Assembly: GCA_016783745.1 (NCBI GenBank)
Contig: JADHVZ010000001.1
Span: 9,447 to 73,446 of the forward strand
Direction: 5' to 3'
Length of the DNA: 64,000 nt
DNA from: Candidatus Omnitrophota bacterium
GTDB lineage: Bacteria; Omnitrophota; Gorgyraeia; JAHIPI01
In this document: one piece after another, positions 18,151-27,400 of the stretch
How positions within the stretch are numbered: the first letter of the stretch is position 1
Layout of the letters: every line of letters starts with the position of its first letter
Translations under genes and position numbers: made by a program
Notes under the pieces: model-generated
Told to the model about the DNA's origin: nothing
Database searches by the model: none
Seen by the model: the letters and a program-made list of their open reading frames with translations, nothing else

Positions 18151-19107
18151 TCAATCCGCCAGATATTTCGCCGCGGAAAAAGCAGCAATCGCTCCATCCC
18201 CTACAGCCGTAGCGATCTGCCTTAAGTTTTTTGAGCGGATATCGCCCGCGGCAAATACACCTTCTACATTCGTTCCCATTTCTTCATCAGTAACGATAAA
18301 ACCGTATTTCAATTTTAGTGTATCGCCGAATATCCCGCTATGCGGCTCAATGCCGACAAAAATAAATATCCCGTCTACATCAAGGGTTCTTTCCTCGCCC
18401 TTTACGCTGACCAGGATATGTTTATTGCTTTCATGGCTGAAGTCTATCTTCCGGACTGTAGCATTATGAAGAAATTCTATCTTGGGAACCGCTTTTACTT
18501 TATTCCGGATTAATTTGTCCGCGCGGAATTCTTCCCGCCTGTGGATGAGGAATATTTTCTTCGCAAATTTTGACAAAGTCACCGTCTCTTCGAGAGCCGT
18601 ATTTCCGCCGCCGACAACGGCAATAGTTTTATCTAAATATAGATGGCCGTCGCATGTAGCGCAGTAGGATACACCCTTACTCATATGTTCTTTCTCTCCC
18701 GGAACATCAAGCATGCGGGGTTGGGCGCCTGTACAAATAATAACAGTCCGCGCCCTTATGAGGCCTTTGGGGGTATTCAGCTCTTTTATTTCATCGGCGA
18801 AATTTACGGAAGTCACCTGGCCGTGCAGGATCTTTACATCCATCTTTACAGCCTGGCTTTCCATTTCCCCGGCGAGATGGCTGCCTGATACGGGCTTATC
18901 AAGGCCTGGATAGTTTTCAATGCTGCTGATCGTTGCCATTTGCCCGCCGCATACGACCTTCTTTTCGATCAGCAACGTCTTCAGGCTGTATCTTCCGGCA
19001 TACATAGCGGCGGAAAGTCCGCCGGGACCTCCGCCTATGACAACAACATCAAATACCTGGGAGATGTCCGCATTTGCGCGGCCGCTGCCCAGAGTAAAAT
19101 TAAACAT
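18151..19107 (-). CDS. trxB: Thioredoxin-disulfide reductase
   Basis: FAD motif VVVIGGGPGG, redox-active CATCDG, NAD(P)H motif AVVGGGNTA. Confidence 0.85.
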   Translation of the reverse strand: MFNFTLGSGRANADISQVFDVVVIGGGPGGLSAAMYAGRYSLKTLLIEKKVVCGGQMATISSIENYPGLDKPVSGSHLAGEMESQAVKMDVKILHGQVTSVNFADEIKELNTPKGLIRARTVIICTGAQPRMLDVPGEKEHMSKGVSYCATCDGHLYLDKTIAVVGGGNTALEETVTLSKFAKKIFLIHRREEFRADKLIRNKVKAVPKIEFLHNATVRKIDFSHESNKHILVSVKGEERTLDVDGIFIFVGIEPHSGIFGDTLKLKYGFIVTDEEMGTNVEGVFAAGDIRSKNLRQIATAVGDGAIAAFSAAKYLAD

Positions 19108-19115
19108 GGTGATCC

Positions 19116-19754
19116 TTATCCTGCGGACTCGTTTATTTTTTTGATGATAACAGGAGCCGGAACTGCGCCTAGCTGACTCGATGTTTCATTGATAACAGTA
19201 TGAGGGACTCCGCTTACCTTGTACTTGCTTGCCAGTTGAGGAAATTGCGAGGAATCTATCATGTCCGATCTTACTTTGCCGCTTACCCTCGCCATCTGAT
19301 GAGCTACTATTGTGGCGGCCGGGCAGTGCGGGCAGCCGGGGGAGACAAAGACCTGCAGATGAGCATCTTTTTTAAGGCCCTTCAGGTATTTGTTTTCTTC
19401 ATCGGTAAACTGGGTCTCGCCGGTCGAGACTAAGTGGATGCTTTCGATTAATGACACGAAATCATATCCGGTAGGCATGCCGTATAGGCGTATACCATAA
19501 TCTTCCCGGCCAACGACAGCAGTAGCGGGGACCTTATCGATACCATACTTATCAACCTGTTCCTTATCCGCTTGGATATCAAAGACCTCCACGGAGATCT
19601 TACCGGATAGATCCGCGATCTCTTCCATAAGTTTTTGATTGTCCCCGCAGTGCCGGCAATCGTCTTTTTTAGTGAAGATCACAAGCTTCACATCATCCTT
19701 TAAGTCCCGGAACCTTTCTTTTAGTTGCCCCCTTACTTCTTCGTTTAACAGCAT
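19116..19754 (-). CDS. Two-domain thioredoxin-fold protein disulfide oxidoreductase (PDO/glutaredoxin-like), two CxxC sites
   Basis: CRHC and CPHC motifs sit in two tandem thioredoxin-like halves. It lies immediately downstream of trxB on the same strand. Confidence 0.6.
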   Translation of the reverse strand: MLLNEEVRGQLKERFRDLKDDVKLVIFTKKDDCRHCGDNQKLMEEIADLSGKISVEVFDIQADKEQVDKYGIDKVPATAVVGREDYGIRLYGMPTGYDFVSLIESIHLVSTGETQFTDEENKYLKGLKKDAHLQVFVSPGCPHCPAATIVAHQMARVSGKVRSDMIDSSQFPQLASKYKVSGVPHTVINETSSQLGAVPAPVIIKKINESAG

Positions 19755-19968
19755 TTATCCTCCTTTTATTTCGTAGTGATATATTATACAGCAGAAATGA
19801 TAAAAGTCAACGTTCTATCGACAAAACTTTAAATTTTGTAAAAAAGTCTCTTAAAAAATTTGCATATCCGAAAAAATTCAGGTAATATTGTTACAATCAT
19901 CTTAAATAGCTTGTTTGAGCACCCCACTACGTATTGTGTAGCGGGGTGTATATCATTTAGGAGCGGAT

Positions 19969-20289
19969 ATGGAGAATATCACAGGACGGGCAGAGAGTAT
20001 ATTAGATCTAGTCCAATATCAGGATAGCTCAGTCGTTAGCAGGGAGATCATAAGAAAAGGCACTGGTACTATAACTTTATTCGCATTTGATAAAGGTCAG
20101 GGGTTAAGTGAGCACACCGCGCCTTTTGACGCTATGGTATATATTTTTGACGGTAAAGCCGATGTGATTATATCCGGGACGTCTAATAGTCTAAAAGCAG
20201 GTGACATTATAATAATGCCGGCAAATAAACCGCACGCCCTTAAGGCGGTAGAGCGCTTTAAGATGCTTTTAGTGATGATCAAGTCCTGA
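19969..20289 (+). CDS. Cupin-domain protein
   Basis: Small beta-barrel cupin signature (G...H..P.D..VY...G) in 106 aa. Imperfect palindrome at 19920-19948 just upstream. Confidence 0.5.
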   Translation: MENITGRAESILDLVQYQDSSVVSREIIRKGTGTITLFAFDKGQGLSEHTAPFDAMVYIFDGKADVIISGTSNSLKAGDIIIMPANKPHALKAVERFKMLLVMIKS

Positions 20290-20335
20290 TGGGCGCGTAA
20301 GGCAAACCAATGGCCGGGCATAAAAAATCATAGTA

Positions 20336-21892
20336 ATGAAAAAGAATTTTGTAATAACCATACTTTCACTTATCTTTGTATTTCATCTACTGAACAATGT
20401 TATATACCACAAGATCGACACCCAGCCGTTTTCCTGGGATGAGTCGTGGCACGCGGGTACAAGCCTTTATCACTATAACAACTTTGCCAAAAACATCCAA
20501 CCTGACCTAAAAGAAATATCCCCGCTTATCCACGAAAGATCTACGAAATATCCCCACTTGTTCCATATGTCATCAATACCGTTATACCTCTTGTTCGGCT
20601 TCAGCGAAGATGCTGCGGTTCTGACAAATCTGATATTTCTGGCTATCCTGCTTTTTTTTACATACCTGACAGGAAAAGAACTTTATGACGAAAAAACAGG
20701 GGTCATGGCTTCAGCCATGATCTCCATGTATCCTGTGATGTTCGGTTTGTCCAGGTTTTATCTTATAGATTTTTCGCTTGTGGCTTTTTCCATGGTGTCT
20801 TTTTTCTTTTTGATCAAGTTTAAAAATTCCGCCCGGAAGATCTATCCGGTATTTTTTATCATGGCCTCGATACTGGGGTTATTCACAAAGCAGATCTTCG
20901 GGATATTCATCATTACGCCTTTTCTATTCGTAGCTTTCTATAAAATGTACGGGCAGGTGAGGTACCCGCGAATGAATAAAGCACACCTTATATCCGCGTC
21001 GATCCTCATAACAGCCGCGGCATGCTGGCTGGCCTATGTCTACGTCGATAGATTTGCGGGCAAGTTTTTATTGAACATATTATTTGAACGCGCGTCAATG
21101 GACCAGCTTGTAAAAAATCTGCCAAAGGCATTTTTCAGTATGATCAGAGTCCAGATGTCCTTTGTCTTCTTCGCGTTGTTTTTATGTACACTTATCTTTT
21201 GCCGGAGGATAAAGGAAAAGACTATATTTTTGCTATGGATACTTTTTCCGGTATTTTTCCTTGCGGCCACAGAGACATTATCATCCGGAAGATACTTGAT
21301 GCCCATCCTTCCGGCTTTCGCCATCATATCATCCGCGGGTGTTTTTTCGATCAAAGGCAAAAAGCCGAGAGTGATACTAATAGCGGCGTTGCTCGCCTAT
21401 TCACTGATACAATTTTTCGATGTTTCATATATGAAGGAAAAACATGAGCTGAAAATAAACGAATTGTATCTATATACGAACAAGATGTATATAATAAGAG
21501 AACCGAAGGCTCATGACTGGAAGATAGAGGAGATACTCGATTTTGTGCGCGATCACGCGCGCCGCTCCGGCGAAAAAAAGCGCGTAATTGTGGAAGTAGC
21601 GTGTGTCAAACAAAGGTTCAACGAATATAATTTCGCCTTTGCGGCCTATAAAAACAGGCTATATGATCTGCTCATCTTGAATATGGGCGTCTCGCCATTC
21701 CGGGCGGATTATATAATATTGAATTTAGACCCGAAACAGGAGGGTCCGGGTGATCACACAGCGGTAAAGAGAGTGCTGGAGGCTATAAAGAGTAATCCGG
21801 ACAGGTTTGAACTCTTAAGGACATACAGATTGCCAAATGCTACTGATGCCCAAGTGTATAGGACCATCCGCGCTCAGGTAGAAGATCACTAA
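20336..21892 (+). CDS. GT-C membrane glycosyltransferase (ArnT/PMT-like, GT39/83-type)
   Basis: 518 aa, about 11 predicted TM helices, and an early loop WDESWH with acidic residues in the position of the GT-C DE motif. AT-rich. Confidence 0.55.
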   Translation: MKKNFVITILSLIFVFHLLNNVIYHKIDTQPFSWDESWHAGTSLYHYNNFAKNIQPDLKEISPLIHERSTKYPHLFHMSSIPLYLLFGFSEDAAVLTNLIFLAILLFFTYLTGKELYDEKTGVMASAMISMYPVMFGLSRFYLIDFSLVAFSMVSFFFLIKFKNSARKIYPVFFIMASILGLFTKQIFGIFIITPFLFVAFYKMYGQVRYPRMNKAHLISASILITAAACWLAYVYVDRFAGKFLLNILFERASMDQLVKNLPKAFFSMIRVQMSFVFFALFLCTLIFCRRIKEKTIFLLWILFPVFFLAATETLSSGRYLMPILPAFAIISSAGVFSIKGKKPRVILIAALLAYSLIQFFDVSYMKEKHELKINELYLYTNKMYIIREPKAHDWKIEEILDFVRDHARRSGEKKRVIVEVACVKQRFNEYNFAFAAYKNRLYDLLILNMGVSPFRADYIILNLDPKQEGPGDHTAVKRVLEAIKSNPDRFELLRTYRLPNATDAQVYRTIRAQVEDH

Positions 21893-21925
21893 GAGGGGAC
21901 TAATTATAAGGAGCCGCGAAAAAAA

Positions 21926-22354
21926 ATGATCAGAAGCATCACAAGTGAAGATTTCAAGCCGTTCGGATGTGTAATAGAATATCCGGATAAGGATAAAGAA
22001 GATAAGGATAAGAACCTGTTCTGTGTTACGCTTAAAGAGACGGAAAAAGTGGGCTGGCGCATAGCATACCTTGTTTTAAGAGACAAGGCGATAGACTCCC
22101 TTGAGCAGCATCCACGCTCTTTTGAGAGTTTTGAGCCTGTAAGCGGGAAGGCCCTTCTTTATGTAGCGGCTGAAAAAAATGTTAAGGATATCAGATGCTA
22201 TTATCTGGATAAGCCCGTTATTTTGAATAAGGGCGTATGGCACGGAGTAGTGACAGTCGGCGGTGAGTCTGAGGTCAAAATAACCGAGAATGCCGATGTA
22301 GAATGTGTGTTCTGGCAATTAGAGTCCGGACTCGATTCCAGAGGGTTCAGGTAA
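21926..22354 (+). CDS. Ureidoglycolate lyase (AllA)-like cupin protein
   Basis: FKPFGCVIE, LEQHPRSFESFEPVSGK and GVWHGVV parallel the AllA motifs (F..YG.VIE, LERHPLGTQAFIP, NVWHHPL). Confidence 0.45.
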   Translation: MIRSITSEDFKPFGCVIEYPDKDKEDKDKNLFCVTLKETEKVGWRIAYLVLRDKAIDSLEQHPRSFESFEPVSGKALLYVAAEKNVKDIRCYYLDKPVILNKGVWHGVVTVGGESEVKITENADVECVFWQLESGLDSRGFR

Positions 22355-22431
22355 CGCCAATGGGTCCGGAAGAAATATTTCTTTAGTTTATCTTTTTTTT
22401 AATGTATAATCTAACACAAAGGAGCGGTCAT

Positions 22432-22812
22432 TTGGAACCGAGAGAATTGAAGGGCAAAATACTTTATATCGATGATGAGGTAGAATCCTGCGAGATGATA
22501 ATGAAGTTTCTTGACGCAAGGGACTTCGGGGTCATCGTAAGCTTTACAGGGGAAAGCGGCTATGATATGGTTAAGATGTGGGAGCCTGATCTTATCCTTA
22601 TCGATATAAAGCTTATAGGTATGAGCGGAATAGAGTTTATAGAAAAGATCCAGAAAGAAGGGATAAATACACCCTGCATCGTAATTACGGGATACCCGGA
22701 GAGGATAGCTGAAGTAGAGCTCAAGGAGCTGAATATATTCGGATACTACACAAAACCATACAGCGTGGCTGAACTTTACGGCAAGATAAAAGAGATCTTG
22801 GAGGTGACCTGA
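22432..22812 (+). CDS. Single-domain response regulator (CheY-like receiver). Probable TTG start at 22432 after AAGGAG; the ORF-track ATG at 22402 has no RBS.
   Basis: KILYIDDE (acidic pocket), DLILIDIKL (phospho-acceptor Asp region) and a conserved T/K pair downstream. Confidence 0.65.
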   Translation: MEPRELKGKILYIDDEVESCEMIMKFLDARDFGVIVSFTGESGYDMVKMWEPDLILIDIKLIGMSGIEFIEKIQKEGINTPCIVITGYPERIAEVELKELNIFGYYTKPYSVAELYGKIKEILEVT

Positions 22813-23168
22813 TGGCTGCCTATAGCGGACGTGAAAAGCGAAAACACAGAAGGATCTACAAGATCATCGGCACTAATATAATCCGCCATAATGCGAAAGA
22901 ATATGATCCAAAGCTTGATGAGGAAGTAGGCCTGAATATATCCGCAGGCGGGATTCTTATTGAGTGCGAAAAAAAATTAGAAAGGCAGGACAAGCTAAAG
23001 ATCAAGGTCATGCTCACTTTTGATACAGTGTATAAAATTATTGAGCTTAACACCGAGGTGGTCTGGATCAAAAAATCTTTCCGTAATACTTATTTTATAG
23101 GCTGTAAACTGACAAAACTCTCCCTGAAAGACAGGTTGATCCTCAAGAAATATACCGCTTCATTCTAA
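22812..23168 (+). CDS. PilZ-domain protein (c-di-GMP binding), translationally coupled to the receiver gene
   Basis: RxxxR motif (EKRKHRRIY) and D/NxSxGG motif (NISAGGILI). Its start overlaps the upstream stop. Confidence 0.6.
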   Translation: MAAYSGREKRKHRRIYKIIGTNIIRHNAKEYDPKLDEEVGLNISAGGILIECEKKLERQDKLKIKVMLTFDTVYKIIELNTEVVWIKKSFRNTYFIGCKLTKLSLKDRLILKKYTASF

Positions 23169-23257
23169 TCCTTGACAACCGCCGCAATTTATGTTATAAA
23201 ATTAAGCACTGTATTAGTATCTTTTTAACATATTTTAGCGTTTAATAGGAGGTATAT

Positions 23258-24418
23258 ATGGGGATGTGGGTAGGCCGCGGAAGGAAGGCCCGAAGGTGTT
23301 ACGGATTTGATGAGATATCTCTTGCCCCGGGAAGTTTGACAATAAATCCCAACGAAGTCGATACAACAGTTCAAATAGGAAATAATAAATTAAAGGTCCC
23401 TATATTAGCGGCAGCCATGGACGGTGTGGTAGATGTTAAATTTGCCATCGCTATAGGGAAGATAGGCGGCCTGGCCGTACTGAATCTTGAAGGAGTACAA
23501 ACGCGCTACGATAATCCGGGCGAAGTCCTGGATAAGATAGCAAAGGCAACACCGCAAAAAGCCACAGAACTTGTCCAGTCGATATATTTAAAGCCGATCA
23601 AAGAAAAGCTTATATCTAAAAGAATAGAGCAGATCAAGAAGGCGGGTGTGCCTGCGGCGGTAAGCGCAATACCCCAGAGGGCCGAAAGGTTCGGCAAAAT
23701 AGCTGAGGAAGCCGGCTGTGATATGTTTGTGGTGCAATCAACAGTGACAACGCCAAAGCACCTCGCCAGCGAATACAAGTCGCTTGATTTTAAGAAATTC
23801 TGCAAAAAAATGAAGATCCCGGTATTGATCGGTAATTGCGTTACATACAATACGGCGCTGGAGCTTATGGGCACCGGAGCGAGCGGATTGCTTATAGGCA
23901 TAGGCCCCGGAGCAGCCTGCACTACAAGAGGGGTCCTTGGCATTGGCGTTCCTCAGGTAACCGCTACCTGCGATTGCGCGGCCGCGAGGGATTTCTTCTA
24001 TAAGAGTCGCGGAAAATATATACCCATAATAACCGACGGTGGCATGAGCTCAGGCGGAGATATTTGTAAGGCCATTGCCTGCGGCGCTGACGCCGTGATG
24101 ATAGGCTCCGCATTCGCACGCGCCAATGAAGCGCCCGGCCGTGGTTTCCACTGGGGTATGGCGACACCTCACCCTAACCTTCCGCGCGGTACACGTATTG
24201 AAGTAGGGACGACCGGATCACTCAAGGAAATACTTTTTGGCCCTGCAAAATTAGACAACGGTTCCCAGAATCTAGTCGGTGCGTTGCAGACGTCCATGGG
24301 TAATGTCGGCGCGAAGAGCATTAAAGAAATGCAGCTTACCGAAATAATCATCGCCCCGTCTGTGCAGACAGAGGGGAAGGTGTTCCAGGTCGCCCAGCGC
24401 GTAGGAATGGGGAAATAG
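23258..24418 (+). CDS. IMP dehydrogenase/GMP reductase family protein lacking the CBS pair (GuaB3-like)
   Basis: N-terminal [14 protein letters not shown]-barrel catalytic loop [11 protein letters not shown], and [16 protein letters not shown]. There is no CBS insertion. Confidence 0.65.
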   Translation: MGMWVGRGRKARRCYGFDEISLAPGSLTINPNEVDTTVQIGNNKLKVPILAAAMDGVVDVKFAIAIGKIGGLAVLNLEGVQTRYDNPGEVLDKIAKATPQKATELVQSIYLKPIKEKLISKRIEQIKKAGVPAAVSAIPQRAERFGKIAEEAGCDMFVVQSTVTTPKHLASEYKSLDFKKFCKKMKIPVLIGNCVTYNTALELMGTGASGLLIGIGPGAACTTRGVLGIGVPQVTATCDCAAARDFFYKSRGKYIPIITDGGMSSGGDICKAIACGADAVMIGSAFARANEAPGRGFHWGMATPHPNLPRGTRIEVGTTGSLKEILFGPAKLDNGSQNLVGALQTSMGNVGAKSIKEMQLTEIIIAPSVQTEGKVFQVAQRVGMGK

Positions 24419-24446
24419 TTTTTTAAGTCTTTAGGCCCTTATCCAC

Positions 24447-27400
24447 ATGAAAAGACATTCCGATTTTGTCCATCTGCATACCCACACTCAGTTTAGCCTT
24501 CTCGACGGAGCCTGTCATATATCGCGTCTCTTTCAGCTGGCCGAGAAGGAGCGAATGCCTGCCGTAGCTATCACAGACCACGGCAACATGTTCGGAGCCA
24601 TTGAGTTTTACCGGAAGGCACTCGCCCACGGAATAAAACCCATAATAGGTTCTGAAGTCTACATCTCTCCCGAAAGCCGTTTTGAAAAATCCGCACAGGG
24701 CATCCAGGAAGCATCTTTTCACCTGATACTTTTGGCGAAAGACACAGAAGGTTATAAAAACCTCATGAAGCTGATAACCGCGGGTTACTTGGAGGGATTT
24801 TATTACCGGCCCAGAATAGATAAGGATATTCTAAAGAAGCACCATAAGGGGCTGGTATGCCTTTCCGCGTGCCTCAAAGGCGAAATACCGCATCTGATAA
24901 AGAACGGACAGGTGGAGCAGGCAAAAAATACGGCAGTGTTTTTTAAGGATCTTTTCGGGAAGGATTTTTATCTTGAGATACAGGATAATCTTATTCAGGA
25001 TCAGATAGATGTGAATCGCGTACTGATCGATATGGGTAAGCAGCTGGACATCCCTCTCGTAGCTACTAACGATGTCCATTATTTGAAGAAGGAAGACGCT
25101 TATGCCCATGAGGCCTTGATGGCGCTTCAGACACAGGCTACGCTGGATGATCCCAATCGGATGAGGCTGCAGACGGACGAGTTTTATTTGAAGAACGCAG
25201 AACAGATGAAGCGCAAATTTGGGACAGAATGCCCCGAGGCTATAAAAAATACAATAGCGATAACGGAAAAATGTAATCTTGAGCTTGATTTCAAAAAAAC
25301 CCACCTACCGCATTACAGGCCTCCGGCGGGAAAGACCAGGGAGGGATATTTCAGGGAGCTGGTGGATGAGGGACTGAAAAGGATTTACCCTGAAATAACC
25401 GATGAGATAAGAGACAGGGTCGAGCATGAACTGAAGATCATAGAGAAGAGCGGATTTATCAGCTATTTTCTTATAGCCTGGGATTTTGTACACTATGCCA
25501 AAGGGAAAGGGATACCGGTAGGTCCGGGCCGTGGGAGCGCGGCGGGAAGCGTGGTGAGTTACGCTTTAGGTATAACGGACATCGATCCGCTTAAATATGA
25601 TCTGCTCTTTGAAAGATTCCTGAATCCCGAGAGGATCAGCATGCCTGATATCGACATAGATTTTTGCTATGAGAGAAGAAGTGAAGTCATAGATTACGTT
25701 GTTCAAAAATACAGTAAGGATAATGTAGCGCAGATAATAACCTTCGGAACGCTAATGGCAAAGGGAGTCATCCGCGATGTAGGAAGGGTGATGAGTATGT
25801 CCTATAGCGAGGTAGACAGGATCGCCAAGATGGTCCCTAATGATCTGAATATGACTCTACAGCAAGCGCTCAAGTCCTCTCCGGAGCTAAAAAACCTTTA
25901 CGAGACCGACCAGCGTGTTACGCAGCTTATCGACACTTCAATGGTGTTAGAGGGGTTAAGCCGTCACGCATCCACTCACGCCGCCGGCGTAGTTATATGC
26001 GAAAAGCCTCTTACCGAATATATTCCGCTTATCAAAATGGGGGACGGCCAGATAACCACCGGTTATCCCATGGCTTCGCTTGAGAAGATAGGCCTTCTTA
26101 AGATGGATTTTCTGGGCCTGAGGACTCTTACGGTTATAAGCGAGACGCTAAAAATCATAAAAAAGACAATAGGAGTAGAGTTTGAGATCGACAAGATCCC
26201 GACGGACGATGAAAAAACGTTCCGGTTACTTTCCAACGCTGAATCAGTAGGCGTATTCCAGGTGGAAAGCTCCGGAATGCGTGACCTTCTAAAAAAATTT
26301 AAGCCTGAAAAATTTGAAGACCTGATAGCTATTCTGGCCCTCTTCAGGCCGGGCCCCATGGGAAGTGGTATGCTTGACGACTTTATCACAAGAAAACAAG
26401 GTAAAGTGAAGATACAATATGACCATGAGAGCTTAGAGCCTATATTGAAGGAGACATACGGCATCATCGTATTTCAGGAGCAGGTCATGAGGATAGCTTC
26501 CACCCTGGCCGGATTCTCACTCGCCCAAGCCGATTCGTTAAGGCGCGCGATGAGTAAAAAGACTCCGGAGGTCATGGTAGAGGCCAGAAAGCATTTTATT
26601 GAAGGTTGCCTGAAAAAAGATATCAGCAGAAGGATAGCGGATAAGGTCTTCAGTTTTATCGAATATTTCGCGGGTTATGGATTCAATAAATGTGTGGCCG
26701 GGTCTACGGAAATAATAAATGCGGATACAGGTGAGTATGTAAAGGTAGAAGAATTATTCACTAAAAAAGACATTATAAATACATTTAGTTGTCACGAAAA
26801 GACTTTAAAGATCATTCCTCAAAGGATGAAAGACATTGTCTGTAATGGCATCAAAAAAATATACCGTTTAAAAACACGCACCGGAAAGGAAATCGTAGTA
26901 ACGAATAACCATCCTTTTTTGACAGTCTCAGGCTGGAAAGAATTAAAAGACCTTAAGGACGGTGACATGATCGCTACTCCGAGAAAAATACCTCTATCTC
27001 CGGAATATGGCATGGAAGAATATAAGATCATATCTTTAGCCAAATTGCTGTCGGAGGGGAACCTATGCCATACCAGCGGCCTTTATTTCTATAGTAATAG
27101 CAGAGAAGAGGTGGATGAATTCACGGCAAATATCGAGCGCTTTGAAAAGACAAGGGCAAGGGCATATCAGAGGGACGATAAATATGAGGTATATGTCGGC
27201 ACGGGACAAGATACAAAATTCTTTAAAAATCAGGTTCCCTGGAATAAAAGGCCTTCAGGCCAGACCGCTACCGTCCAAAGCCGATTTTCAAGGTGCGGCG
27301 CCAGGATCTGGATAGAGGAATTGGGATTAAGCAATAAGAAGGCCTATGAGAAATTCATCCCGCAAGAAGTTTACTCTCTTTCTACGGAAAAGCTCGCATT

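Noticed and set aside
19920-19948. Imperfect palindrome CACCCCACTACGTATTGTGTAGCGGGGTG upstream of the cupin gene as an operator
   Set aside because: It has one mismatch in a 10-bp stem and no cognate regulator is nearby. It is plausible but unsupported. It is mentioned in the feature evidence only.
23258-24418. A functional link between the IMPDH-family protein and dnaE
   Set aside because: Adjacency alone gives no evidence for this. CBS-less IMPDH paralogs are common stand-alone genes.
24423-24722. Minus-strand 99-aa ORF overlapping the dnaE start
   Set aside because: It is antisense to the highly conserved DnaE PHP domain and has no RBS or motif. The same applies to the many 60-160-aa antisense ORFs inside dnaE, ppdK, aspS and other long genes.
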